A DNA stretch of 64,000 bases from an uncultured delta proteobacterium. GTDB lineage: Bacteria; Desulfobacterota; Binatia; Binatales; Binataceae. This document shows, piece after piece, positions 10,376 through 20,321 of this stretch; positions within the stretch are counted from its first letter, which is position 1, and each line of letters opens with the position of its first letter. Location: positions 320,001-384,000 of the forward strand of contig CAWJET010000001.1 of assembly GCA_963842085.1 (NCBI GenBank), in the 5' to 3' direction. Below the pieces are notes generated by a model. The model searched no databases. It was not told where the DNA came from and was given only the letters and a program-made list of their open reading frames with translations. Position numbers and translations under genes: made by a program.

Positions 10376-10885
10376 CTACTGCGGGGGTTGCGTCACGATT
10401 ACACCGGCGAAGGATGACGCCTGATGGCCGTCGGCAGTCGTTGCAGTCACGGTAACCACGTAGCTGCCGGGGTTGGTGTAAGTGTGGAAAAGCGCGGTCG
10501 GCGGCAGCATCGAAACCTGGCCGTCGCCGAAATTCCAGCGAAAGGTTTGCAGCACGGTTTCCGGGTCGGTGCTCGACACCATGAAGCCGACGGTCAGCGG
10601 CGCCGGCCCGTATCCGGGCAAGGGTGTGAGCTGAATTTGCGGAATGGACGGCAGCATCATGGGCGTGGCCGTCGCAGTCGGCTCCTGCGCGAGGGCGGGA
10701 GTGCTCAATCCGCCAAGAAGAAGCAACGCAACGGCGAACGCCGGCTTTGTCATTCTGAGCGCAGCAAAGAATCCCGGCAGCCGTGCCCAGACGAGCACCC
10801 GAATCCGGGTTCCTTCGCAGCGCTCAGGATGACACAAGGAAAGAGCGATCCGCTTCGCGATCGAATGGGTGCGAATCAATCTCAC
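10376..10885 (-). CDS. secreted PKD-domain protein with an in-frame palindromic insertion in the signal peptide
   Basis: WNFGDG and HTYTNPGSYVVTVT PKD motifs; GTG start overlaps upstream stop (GTGA); alternative ATG at 10753. Confidence 0.75.
   Translation of the reverse strand: MRLIRTHSIAKRIALSLCHPERCEGTRIRVLVWARLPGFFAALRMTKPAFAVALLLLGGLSTPALAQEPTATATPMMLPSIPQIQLTPLPGYGPAPLTVGFMVSSTDPETVLQTFRWNFGDGQVSMLPPTALFHTYTNPGSYVVTVTATTADGHQASSFAGVIVTQPPQ
10748..10834. repeat. inverted doublet of GTCAT(T/C)CTGAGCG REP-like repeat, 87 bp
   Basis: TGTCATTCTGAGCGCAGCAAAGAATCCC ... GGGTTCCTTCGCAGCGCTCAGGATGACA. Confidence 0.85.
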
Positions 10886-11667
10886 TGCATGACGATGCCG
10901 CCGTCGGGATGCAGGATCGAGCCGGTGTAGTAGCGGCCTTCTTCGCTGGCGAGGAACAGCGCGGTGTTGGCGACATCGATTGGCTCGCCCATGTGCTTCA
11001 TCGGCACCCGCTGCATCATCTGCGAAGCGTCGGGCAGGTCCTGCAGGTTGGCGGTCATCGGTGTCTTGATGAAGCCGGGGCCGATCGCATTGGCAGTGAT
11101 ATTGAATGGTGCCAACTCGGTCGCGAGCACCCGCGTCAGCATCCAGACCCCGGCCTTGCTGACCGAATACTCGCCGAGGCCAGGTGAAGCGAGTCGCGCC
11201 GCGGCTGACGCGATATTGATGATGCGGCCGCCGTTGCCCGCCTTGATCATCGCGTCGGCGCAGGCGCGATCGGTCAGGAACACGCCGTCGAGATTGACGC
11301 TCAAGACCTTGCGCCAGTTGGCGAAGGACTTGTTGGCCAGAAACGTGATGTCGGGCTGGCCTTCCTCGCCATAGTGCGCGTGGGAGATTCCCGCCGCCGC
11401 GACGACGATGTCGACGCTGCCGAGGTCTTTCACCATCCGCGCAACCATCGTATTGACCTGCGTCTCGTCGCTGGTATCCGCCTGGAACGCGAGCGCCTTG
11501 CGGCCGAGCTTTTTGACGGAGGCGGCGGTCTCCTCGGCGGCGGCGAGATGGCGGTCGGCAACGAAGACGTTGGCGCCTTCTTCTGCGAAACGAACCGCGG
11601 TCGCGCGTCCGATACCGCTGGCGCCGCCGGTGATCAGTGCGTTTTTGTTTTCGAGTCTTAGCGGCAT
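10882..11667 (-). CDS. SDR family oxidoreductase
   Basis: TGGASGIG, YSVSK; start moved to MPLRLENK. Confidence 0.9.
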   Translation of the reverse strand: MPLRLENKNALITGGASGIGRATAVRFAEEGANVFVADRHLAAAEETAASVKKLGRKALAFQADTSDETQVNTMVARMVKDLGSVDIVVAAAGISHAHYGEEGQPDITFLANKSFANWRKVLSVNLDGVFLTDRACADAMIKAGNGGRIINIASAAARLASPGLGEYSVSKAGVWMLTRVLATELAPFNITANAIGPGFIKTPMTANLQDLPDASQMMQRVPMKHMGEPIDVANTALFLASEEGRYYTGSILHPDGGIVMQ

Positions 11668-11772
11668 CGAAATCTTCTCCTTGGCGATCTCTGTTCTCGT
11701 GCGGTTGTTAGCACGGCGGGCGGCGCATGAAAATCTATGCTCGCGATTTCGCGTCGAATAGAATTGCCGGTT

Positions 11773-12642
11773 ATGGCACAAGAGCAAGCGGCTACCGTGC
11801 TCGCGGAGCCGACCCATCGGTACGTCGAGGTTGAGGGACTCAAGCTTCACTATCTGGACTGGGGCGGCGATCCTGACAAACACACCTTCGTTTTGCTGCA
11901 CGGCGGCGCGGCGCATGCGCATTGGTGGGACGGCGTCGCACCGATGCTGACGCCGTACGGGCGCGTGCTCGCGCTCGATTTTCGCGGACACGGCCGCAGC
12001 CAGTGGGCGGAGTCGGGAACCTACGGTCCGCCGGCCTATCTGCAAGACGTGCGCGGGCTTGTCGAAAGCCTCGGCGCGCGCGTGGTGCTGGTGGGGCATT
12101 CGATGGGTGGCGCGGTCGCGCAGTGGGTGGCGGTGACGCATCCGGAGTTGCTCGAGGCGTTGATCATCGTCGATGCGCCGCACGGACCGCCGCCGCTGTT
12201 TCGCCGCCTGATGTGGCGATGGCGCCGGCGCTCGCACGGCGGCACCCGGCCCGAGCTGCGCTCCGCCGACGACATCATCAGGAAGTTTCGCCTGCAGCCG
12301 CCGCAGACGTATTTGACGCGGCTGGACGTCGAGCGGCTCGCGCTGCTCGGCGCCGAGCAGCTACCGAGCGGCGCATGGGCGTTTCGCTTCGACCCGGAAA
12401 CGCGCGCGTGGCGCAAGCACGGAGTCAGGATGACCCGGCCCAAGCTCAGGAACATCGCGATGCCGACGCTGCTGATCCGCGGCGAGCAGAGCGCCCTGGT
12501 GAGTCACTCACACGTACGGCGGATGCATCGGAAGATTCGCGGATCGGTGCTGAAGGAAATACCGCGCGCGTTCCATCACGTGCCGCTGGACAATCCCGGC
12601 GACACTGCGGCGGCGATTATCGAATTCGTCGAGAAGCTCTAG
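11773..12642 (+). CDS. alpha/beta hydrolase
   Basis: LHGG, RGHGRS, GHSMG nucleophile elbow, C-terminal His. Confidence 0.88.
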   Translation: MAQEQAATVLAEPTHRYVEVEGLKLHYLDWGGDPDKHTFVLLHGGAAHAHWWDGVAPMLTPYGRVLALDFRGHGRSQWAESGTYGPPAYLQDVRGLVESLGARVVLVGHSMGGAVAQWVAVTHPELLEALIIVDAPHGPPPLFRRLMWRWRRRSHGGTRPELRSADDIIRKFRLQPPQTYLTRLDVERLALLGAEQLPSGAWAFRFDPETRAWRKHGVRMTRPKLRNIAMPTLLIRGEQSALVSHSHVRRMHRKIRGSVLKEIPRAFHHVPLDNPGDTAAAIIEFVEKL

Positions 12643-12649
12643 CAGGCTG

Positions 12650-12991
12650 CTACGCGCGGAGCAGGAAGTCGCTCAGGTCCATCGCGTATTGGCCGTCGCT
12701 CAGCGTCATCGACTTGGGCGAGCGCTTGAGCATCAGGCGCGAGATGTCCTGCCCTTGCGGCAGCAGGTAAACGATATCCCCCGAGCCCATCGAGAACACA
12801 CGCACGCGCTCTTCGCCGCGGCGTTCCTGGCCGGCGACCTCGTACGAGCTGACGTGAAAGACGAAGCCGCGGGCGCGAATCAGCACGCCCTCGGTCTGCT
12901 CGACGATACCCACGAAAATCCGGGTGTTGTCGTCCTTGAAGAGCCTGCGATCGATGAGGACGATCCGGTCCCCTTCGCCGATTGTCGCCAT
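12650..12991 (-). CDS. hypothetical protein
   Basis: Protein-like composition; GGAGGA Shine-Dalgarno upstream. Confidence 0.7.
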   Translation of the reverse strand: MATIGEGDRIVLIDRRLFKDDNTRIFVGIVEQTEGVLIRARGFVFHVSSYEVAGQERRGEERVRVFSMGSGDIVYLLPQGQDISRLMLKRSPKSMTLSDGQYAMDLSDFLLRA

Positions 12992-13116
12992 CGTGCTGTT
13001 CCTCCTGTGGCCGTAGCCTCGAGCAGGATTCTACTCGATCGCGAAGGCTAACACGACGCGGCGCGATCGAGGGTAGTGGGTCAGTGACCCACTACCCGAT
13101 CGGTTGGCATCCGGGA

Positions 13117-16100
13117 TCAGCGGCCGGCCATCAGGCGGTCATTCTGCGGCGTCTCGCTCTGGGCGGTCCATCCCCGCACGACGTCGCTCAGCTCGCGCGC
13201 TCGAATCAGGTCGAGTCCGAAGCGAATCGGCAACGAACGCGGCAATGTCTCGATCGCGTCGCGGCCGCCGGGGCGCGCCGCCAGCCGATCGAGCAGCCGC
13301 GAGGTCACCGTGCGGCGCTGCCCGCGCAAGTACTGGTCGTTGTACATCTTGACGATCAACTCGGCCGCCAGCCGCACCGCATCCGACATGTTCATCGAAT
13401 CGGACGCGAACTGGTCGAGCGCCTGCTTGAGCGGGAACTGGTCGGGATTCCATACCGCGACCGAGCCCGCGCGCATCAGCGTTTCGATGCTCGGCGTCGT
13501 GAACGAGTAGCCCCATCCGGCGAGCTTGGTGCTGGCCGTAGCCAGCTCGGCGGGATCGAGATTGCCCGCCTGCGCGCGCGCCTGCAATGCCGCCTCGGTC
13601 CAGACACGGCGCACACCGAATTCGGTTTTGGCGAGGTCGGCGAGGATCATGTCGTCGGTCCACAGCACGTGCCCCGGCATCGAGGCGATCACGATGCTCT
13701 CGGCGCCATGGCGGCCGAAGAACTTGATAAGGCGCTCGCGGCGTTCTGGATCGATCGAGGCGAGCACCGCGCCGTCGCGCACGCGGCACACCGACTGCAA
13801 TGCATCGGCGAGTCCCTTCAACTGAACGTCGGCGCGCTTGCCGTCGTTGGCGTTGCCGGTGATTGATGCGGAGAATCCGGGCGGCAGCCGCAGCAGGGTG
13901 TCCTCGAACGCGAGGCGCCGAAGTTCGGCGAGCGTGGACTGCGAAATCACGAACTGGCGCGGCCAGGTCGGCAGCAGGCTGAGCCGCCCGAGCATGCACA
14001 GCGTCGCGATCGCGGTCAAATCGAGCACCACGGCGTTGGCGCGCTCGAAGGCTCCCAGAGCGGCTTCGAGCTCTTCTGGCGAACCGGTGCAGCACTTCAG
14101 CGGCGCCTCGGGGCGCTGCGCCAGGATGAATACGGTCTGCAGATCGTTCAGGTTGAGCCGCTCCGCCACCGCGTGGATCGGGATCGAGTTATTGGCGTAG
14201 GTGCGCTCGGCCTGCTTGAGGAGGTCGTCGCGCTTGCCGCTGGCGGTGGCGTGGCCGTTGGCGACGCCGTTGACTTTGGCGACGCCGTTGCCGTTCGCGA
14301 CACCGTTGCCGTTGACATAGCTCGCTTCGAACAGTGACTCGAAGCTGTCGCTCATCTCGTTCCACGGAATCGCGTCGGCGCGTACGTAGCTCATTTCGAT
14401 CTCAGCCTGGCCGGGGAAGCGCGCCTGCCAGTTGATGAGTACGTCCATGTAGCGGTAGGCGTACTTGCTGATTATCTGCTTGATGGTGGCCTGGCGGCGG
14501 CTGAAGCGGCCTTCGGGGAGCTGGAACTTCTCGCCGGGCTTCTTGCCCTTGACGGCGCGCGTCATCGGATGTTGCGTGCCGTACTCGTCGAGCGCCTCGT
14601 CGGCGTCGTTGCCGTCCTCGAGCAGGATCCACTTCTCGGTGTTGGAACCCTCCTCGACGAAACTGACCGCGGCGCCGGGTCCGGCGCTGTCAAAGTCGGG
14701 CACGTGCGGCATCGGGCCAACCGGTCCGAGCGCGGCGAGGTACGCGCGATGCGCATCGACGTTGCCGCCCTGATGGCGCAGTAATTCGTAGGCGTAGGCT
14801 AGCGCCTCGTTGGCGCGGCCGCCGTCGCGCATGAATTGCACGGCCACGCGGCCGAGCGCAGGCGGAATTTCGCGCGCCGGGGGCATCGCATTCGGATCGG
14901 CGACGACCAGGTCGGCCTTGCCCAGGCGAGCGGCAACAATCGAGCGCCGCAACTTGAGCACACGGTCGTCGGGATGCTCCTGGAGCAGTTGCTCGAGGCT
15001 GGCCAGCGCCGCTTCAGGATCGTTGCATTCGAGTTTGTCGAGCTGATCGGCCGCGGCACCAGCGTCGCCCGCGTGATCGGGATGCAACTGGCGCGAGATG
15101 TCGTTGACGATGTCTTCGCGGCCGAGCCGGCTTGCGCAATCGAGCAGCCGGCGCGTGTCGGTGCCGGGCGTGCCGGCGGGCGCGAGCGTTTGCCACAGCG
15201 GGAGCGCGTCACGATAGCGCCCCAGGTCATGGAGTAGCGCGGCCAGCTTGCGCCGGTTGTCGGCGGAGGTGTCGGGCGTGAGTCCGGACAGGGCCTCGTC
15301 GGCAAGCTTCGAGGCCTGATCGAACTTGCCTTGCGCCAGCCGGAGGTTGGCGCGCAACGTCCGCATCGTGACGCCTGGCAGGCGCCCCTCGGCAATCGAC
15401 GACAACAGCGCGTCGGCGTCGTGATAACGCTCGGCGGTGGAAAGCGCTTCGACCGCGGCCGCGACCGCGAACGGAAAATCGCCTGCGGGAATTGCGTCTG
15501 GCCGCGCGATCGAGCGCATCAGCAGCTCGGTGGCCTCCTGCAAATCGCCGGGTTCGTCGCGCTCGCGGAGCGTGACCGCGAGATGGTACTCGATGTCGTC
15601 GCGGCCGCCCACGGACGCGGCGCGGCGCAGCACCTCGATAGCCTCATTCAGGCTGCCGCGCGAGCGCAGGACGATTCCGTACTCGCACAGCCCGTTGGCG
15701 TCCTCGCGCTCGAGGCTATGCGCCTGTTCGATATCCTTGCCCGCGCCGTCGGTATCGCGCAGCGCAATTCGCGCCTGCGCGCGTCCGATCAGCGCCTGCA
15801 CCTCGCTCGACGGCTGGCGTTCCGCCTGCGCGAGCGTGAGCGCCTGGGTGAAGCAAGTCTCGGCTTCACGCACGCGGCTTTCGTCATTTTGCGCGGGCGC
15901 ATCGGGACCGGCAGCGCCGGCGGCTTCGAGTTCGTTGAGCAGAATCGCCTGTCCCAGCACCAGCCACGGGATCGAATTGTTGGGCAACGCGGCGCTGGCG
16001 AGGCGCGCATAACGCTCGGCGCGATCGAAGTGCGCGTCGAGCAGCGCGCGGCGCGCCATCACGACCGCGACCTCGGGATCGGATGAGAGCTCGGGCGCGA

Positions 16101-17031
16101 CGTTTTCTTCGAGCGTCCTGGCGTCGAACGACTTGGGCGCATTGTTCAGCCACAGCGCGACCGCGCGGCCGCTCGACGGAAACTGCATCCGCAGCTTGTC
16201 CGCCAGCGCGAATGCGCGTTCGCGCTCACCGAGCAGTTCGTGCGCGAGCGCCTCGTTGGTGCAGGCGTTCTCCTCGTCGGGCTGCAGCGATTTCGCCGCG
16301 ATGAAGAGCATCGCGGATTTGCGCGGCTCGCCTTCCTTGAGCCACGCGGCGCCAAGATACGAGAGCACGCGGAACTTGTGCACGTTCGAGAGCTGGCTCC
16401 ACTTCTGCTCGCGCAGTCTTAGCAGTGCGAGGCGCGCGAGCTGATACTGGTGGCTCTCAAGAAAAGCCGCGGCGGCCGAGATCTCCTCTCCCAGCGCATC
16501 GGTAGGTCCCGCCGCCGCGGGCTCGCATCGTGCCTCGAGATGAACGACAGCATCGGCGCGCGTCAGCGCCTGGCGCTTGGCCGCGGTGCCAAAATCGGTG
16601 AGGATCTGAGGATACTCGTCGAGCAGCTCCTCGATATCATCCCACGTCAGAACCTCGATCGCCGAGATGCCGTCTTTGCGACTGGCGCGGTTGAGATCGA
16701 ACAACGAACGCTGCAAGCCCTCGGGCCTGGCGGCCGTGGTCGCGATCACGAAGCGCCCGATCGGAAGCTTCAGGCTCGCGGCGTGGTCCACAGCGTCCTT
16801 GATCTCGGCGATCGTCAACTCGCTGCGCGAAGCGCGCAAATCGCACTTGACCGCGGCGAGTCGCGGACGGCCACTGATCTCGATGAGGTTGACTCCCTTC
16901 TCGGCGCGTTCCGGGTCGCGGAACCGCTCGAGCTGAGGGAGCTGCCAATGACGCCGCAGGAGCTTGAGACAGAGTCTTTCGAACTCGTCGGCGCTCCTGG
17001 GCAGCGGATATCCGGCGGCGAATTTTGCCAT
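13117..17031 (-). CDS. REase-like - TPR - GreA/B C-terminal - PIN multidomain protein (predicted conflict/defence effector)
   Basis: N-terminus FERLC...GVNL...VKCD...FVIATTA...WDDI; TPR helices; HPMTRAVKGKKPGE (GreA-C-like); VVLDLTA...LWTDD (PIN). Start moved to MAKFAAGY. Confidence 0.75.
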   Translation of the reverse strand: MAKFAAGYPLPRSADEFERLCLKLLRRHWQLPQLERFRDPERAEKGVNLIEISGRPRLAAVKCDLRASRSELTIAEIKDAVDHAASLKLPIGRFVIATTAARPEGLQRSLFDLNRASRKDGISAIEVLTWDDIEELLDEYPQILTDFGTAAKRQALTRADAVVHLEARCEPAAAGPTDALGEEISAAAAFLESHQYQLARLALLRLREQKWSQLSNVHKFRVLSYLGAAWLKEGEPRKSAMLFIAAKSLQPDEENACTNEALAHELLGERERAFALADKLRMQFPSSGRAVALWLNNAPKSFDARTLEENVAPELSSDPEVAVVMARRALLDAHFDRAERYARLASAALPNNSIPWLVLGQAILLNELEAAGAAGPDAPAQNDESRVREAETCFTQALTLAQAERQPSSEVQALIGRAQARIALRDTDGAGKDIEQAHSLEREDANGLCEYGIVLRSRGSLNEAIEVLRRAASVGGRDDIEYHLAVTLRERDEPGDLQEATELLMRSIARPDAIPAGDFPFAVAAAVEALSTAERYHDADALLSSIAEGRLPGVTMRTLRANLRLAQGKFDQASKLADEALSGLTPDTSADNRRKLAALLHDLGRYRDALPLWQTLAPAGTPGTDTRRLLDCASRLGREDIVNDISRQLHPDHAGDAGAAADQLDKLECNDPEAALASLEQLLQEHPDDRVLKLRRSIVAARLGKADLVVADPNAMPPAREIPPALGRVAVQFMRDGGRANEALAYAYELLRHQGGNVDAHRAYLAALGPVGPMPHVPDFDSAGPGAAVSFVEEGSNTEKWILLEDGNDADEALDEYGTQHPMTRAVKGKKPGEKFQLPEGRFSRRQATIKQIISKYAYRYMDVLINWQARFPGQAEIEMSYVRADAIPWNEMSDSFESLFEASYVNGNGVANGNGVAKVNGVANGHATASGKRDDLLKQAERTYANNSIPIHAVAERLNLNDLQTVFILAQRPEAPLKCCTGSPEELEAALGAFERANAVVLDLTAIATLCMLGRLSLLPTWPRQFVISQSTLAELRRLAFEDTLLRLPPGFSASITGNANDGKRADVQLKGLADALQSVCRVRDGAVLASIDPERRERLIKFFGRHGAESIVIASMPGHVLWTDDMILADLAKTEFGVRRVWTEAALQARAQAGNLDPAELATASTKLAGWGYSFTTPSIETLMRAGSVAVWNPDQFPLKQALDQFASDSMNMSDAVRLAAELIVKMYNDQYLRGQRRTVTSRLLDRLAARPGGRDAIETLPRSLPIRFGLDLIRARELSDVVRGWTAQSETPQNDRLMAGR
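14249..14316 (-). repeat. intragenic 18-bp tandem repeat encoding NGNGVA-like units
   Basis: Protein reads VNGNGVANGNGVAKVNGVANGHA. Confidence 0.8.
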
Positions 17032-17144
17032 AGTGTAACATTTCCTAACATAATGTCGGGTTTGTAGGAAGGCCCTCAAATGGCTTGGCAAACAGCGGTC
17101 GCTTTCGGCACGCAAAGACCGCTGATAAGATGACTTTTTTCACC

Positions 17145-19118
17145 ATGCTGAGTCTCGACAACCTTTCCAAGTCCTACGGGGGCCGCAAGATCCTCGACGG
17201 CGTGAGCTGGTCGATGGCCGACGACGGACGGGTCGGCCTGGTCGGGCTCAACGGCGCGGGCAAGTCGACGCTGCTCAAGATGATCGCGGAAGTGATCCCG
17301 CTCGACTCGGGCCGCATCACCCGTCCGCAACGCACCCGCGTCGGGTACCTGGCGCAGGACGCGCCCGAAATGGGCGGCAGATCCGTGCTGCGCGAGACGC
17401 TGGCGGCGCTGGACCGGATGCAGGCGCTCGACTTGCGGCGCCGGGAAGTCGAGGAGCTTCTCGCGCGCGAGCATTCGGGGCCGGCGCACGACGCCGCGCT
17501 CGAGGAATTGGGCGAAGTGCTGACCGAGCTCGAGCGTCACGGCTTTTACAGCGCCGAGAGCCGCGCCACCTCGGTGCTGTTCGGGCTGGGCTTCACTGAC
17601 GACGACCTCGGCCGCGACGTCGCGGAATTTTCCGGCGGCATCCGGATGCGTATCGCGCTGGCAAAACTCCTGCTCGACGCGCCCGAGTTCATGATGCTCG
17701 ACGAGCCGACCAACCATCTCGACATCGAGGCGCGCAACTGGCTCGAAGATTACCTGTGCGGGTACCAGGGCGGGATCATCCTGGTCTCGCATGACCGCTA
17801 TTTTCTCGACCGCGTCACCACGCGCACCGTCGAAGTGTCGCACGGGCGGCTCACCGAATACGTCGGCGGCTACTCGCGGTACCTGGTCGCGCGCGAGGAA
17901 CGCTTCGCGCTCGAGCTGGCGGCGTACGAGAAGCAGCGCGAAGAAATCGAGCACCTGGAGAGTTTCATCAGCCGCTTCCGCTACCAGGCGAGCAAGGCGC
18001 GCCTCGTGCAAAGCCGCATCAAGCAGCTCGACAAGCTCGAACGCCTCGAGCCGCCGGAAGGCTCGCAGAAGCCGCCCGCGATTTCGTTTCCGAAATGCGA
18101 GCGCAGCACGCGGCGGGTTTTCGAGCTCAAGGGCGCGGTCAAACGCTACGGCGCGCTCACGGTTTACGACGGCGTCGATCTGACGATCGAGCGCGGTGCG
18201 CGAATCGCGCTGGTCGGCCCCAACGGCTCGGGCAAATCCACAATGATGAAGCTGCTGGCCGGCGTCGAACCGATGACCGCCGGCGAGCGAATAGTAGGCG
18301 CCAGCGTGCAGGCCGGATACTTCGCGCAGAATCTCGCCGAGTCGCTCTCGTATGACAAGACCGGGCTCGACGAACTGAGTGACAGCGCTCCGGGCCGCAC
18401 GACGCCGGAGATTCGCTCGCTGCTCGGCGCGATGCTGTTCTCGGGCGACGACGTTTACAAGCGCGTCGCAGTCCTGTCGGGCGGCGAGCGCGCGCGCCTG
18501 GCGCTGGCCAAGGTGCTGGTGCGCCCGAGCAATTGCCTGCTGCTCGACGAGCCGACCAACAACCTCGACATCGTCGCCAAGGATACACTGCTCGACGCAC
18601 TCCGGCGGTTTCCGGGAACCGTTATAATTGTCAGTCACGATCGCTTCATCCTGAATGAGCTGGTGACCGAGGTGCTCGAAGTCGGCCAGGGGCACGCGAT
18701 TCGCTACCTCGGCAACTACGACGAATACCTCGAGAAGAAGGCGCAGACCGAAGCGCCGCCGCCGTCGTCGCAGCCCGAGCGCTCCACGCCGGTGCATCTG
18801 CGCGATACGCGCGGCAACAACGGCAACACGCCGCATCCGAAGAAAGCGGAACCGCCGAAGGCCGCACCGCCGGCCAAAGACGATCGCGACGCGGTTCGCA
18901 AGCGCGAGCGAATCGCGCGCCAGCGGAGTCAAGTCGAAGCCGAGATCGAGCAGCGGGAGAACGAACGCGCAGCGCTCTCGACCGAGATGAACGATCCGAA
19001 CTTCTATCTCGCGCGCAAAGACGCCGACGAACTGATCGCGCGCTACGAACGGCTGGGCCGCGAGATCGAGAAGCTCTACGCCGACCTCGTCAAGTTCGAC
19101 GAAGCCGCGTCCGCGTGA
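17145..19118 (+). CDS. ABC-F family ATPase
   Basis: Two ABC domains (GLNGAGKS/FSGG/LDEPTNHLD; GPNGSGKS/LSGGE/LDEPTNNLD), no TM segments, C-terminal coil. Confidence 0.93.
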   Translation: MLSLDNLSKSYGGRKILDGVSWSMADDGRVGLVGLNGAGKSTLLKMIAEVIPLDSGRITRPQRTRVGYLAQDAPEMGGRSVLRETLAALDRMQALDLRRREVEELLAREHSGPAHDAALEELGEVLTELERHGFYSAESRATSVLFGLGFTDDDLGRDVAEFSGGIRMRIALAKLLLDAPEFMMLDEPTNHLDIEARNWLEDYLCGYQGGIILVSHDRYFLDRVTTRTVEVSHGRLTEYVGGYSRYLVAREERFALELAAYEKQREEIEHLESFISRFRYQASKARLVQSRIKQLDKLERLEPPEGSQKPPAISFPKCERSTRRVFELKGAVKRYGALTVYDGVDLTIERGARIALVGPNGSGKSTMMKLLAGVEPMTAGERIVGASVQAGYFAQNLAESLSYDKTGLDELSDSAPGRTTPEIRSLLGAMLFSGDDVYKRVAVLSGGERARLALAKVLVRPSNCLLLDEPTNNLDIVAKDTLLDALRRFPGTVIIVSHDRFILNELVTEVLEVGQGHAIRYLGNYDEYLEKKAQTEAPPPSSQPERSTPVHLRDTRGNNGNTPHPKKAEPPKAAPPAKDDRDAVRKRERIARQRSQVEAEIEQRENERAALSTEMNDPNFYLARKDADELIARYERLGREIEKLYADLVKFDEAASA

Positions 19119-19136
19119 AACGCTGAATACGCGCGC

Positions 19137-20294
19137 TCAGCTCAACTCCCGGTAGAATTCGCGAACGTCGGCGGCGAGCAACGCTGGCTCTTCCATCGCG
19201 GCGAAATGCCCTCCCTTCGGCATCACCGTCCAGCGCCGGACGTTGTACACACGCTCGGCCCAATGCCGCGGCGGACGCACCAGCTCGGCTGGAAACAGCG
19301 CGACCGCCGTCGGCGACTCGATCCGCGTGCCGGGCTTGAGCCGCCATGGATGATGGCGCGCCTCGTAGTACAGCCGCGTCGAGGAATTAATCGTCTGAGT
19401 GACCCAGTAGATCATCACGTTGGTCAGGATTTGATCGCGCGTGAAGCTCTTCTCGACGTCGCCGTGACAATCGCTCCAGGTGCGGAACTTCTCGACGATC
19501 CACGCCGCCAATCCCGCCGGCGAATCGTTCAGCCCGTAGGCGAGTGTCTGCGGCTTGGTGCCCTGGATCCACTGGTAGCCGGTTTCGGCGGTGCGGAACT
19601 TTTCCAGGTCGCCGAGGAACACTTTCTCCTCGGGCGTCAGCTCGGGCGCGCTGCGTCCTTCGGCGGGACCGATCGCAATCATGTTGATATGGATGCCGAA
19701 GACGCTGCCTGAGTGCACTTCGCCGATGCGCGAGGTGATTGCCGCGCCCCAGTCCCCGCCCTGCACCGCGTAGCGCTTGTAGCCAAGCGCTTCGGTCATC
19801 AGCTTGTGAAACAGCTCCGCCATCGCCTGGATATTCGTCGCGCGGCCACGCGGGTGATCCGAAAAACCGTAGCCGGGCAGCGACGGCGCGATCACTGTGA
19901 ACGAATCCTTCGCGTCGCCGCCGTGCGCGGCAGGATCGGTGAGCATCGGAATCAGCTCCATGAACTCGTAGATCGAGCCCGGCCATCCGTGCAGGAGCAG
20001 CAGCGGCTTGGGATTCGGTCCCCTGCCTTTTTCATGGATGAAGTGGATTCCGAGTCCGTCAACCGGCGCCTTGAAATGCGCGAAGCGATTGAGCTCGCGC
20101 TCATGCGCGCGCCAGTCGTATTTGGTTCGCCAGTATTCGATCAGTTCTTTCAGGTAGGCGAGATTGGCGCCGTACTCCCAACCCGTGTCGGGAACCTCGT
20201 CGGGAAAGCGCGTGTTGTTGAGCCGCGCGCGCAAGTCGGCCAGCACGTCGTCGGGCACCGCGACGCGAAACGGTTCGATTTTTCCAGTGACCAT
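19137..20294 (-). CDS. epoxide hydrolase (microsomal type)
   Basis: EHN N-terminus, HGWPGS, QGGDWG, GGHFAAMEEP. Confidence 0.92.
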   Translation of the reverse strand: MVTGKIEPFRVAVPDDVLADLRARLNNTRFPDEVPDTGWEYGANLAYLKELIEYWRTKYDWRAHERELNRFAHFKAPVDGLGIHFIHEKGRGPNPKPLLLLHGWPGSIYEFMELIPMLTDPAAHGGDAKDSFTVIAPSLPGYGFSDHPRGRATNIQAMAELFHKLMTEALGYKRYAVQGGDWGAAITSRIGEVHSGSVFGIHINMIAIGPAEGRSAPELTPEEKVFLGDLEKFRTAETGYQWIQGTKPQTLAYGLNDSPAGLAAWIVEKFRTWSDCHGDVEKSFTRDQILTNVMIYWVTQTINSSTRLYYEARHHPWRLKPGTRIESPTAVALFPAELVRPPRHWAERVYNVRRWTVMPKGGHFAAMEEPALLAADVREFYRELS

Positions 20295-20321
20295 GTGAGC
20301 CTCTGCGTTGACGGGGTCGCG

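Noticed and set aside
17076-18932. Long antisense ORFs (e.g. 618 aa here, 35280-36833, 49864-51360, 55354-56916)
   Set aside because: Shadow frames of well-supported genes in GC-rich DNA, with no motifs.
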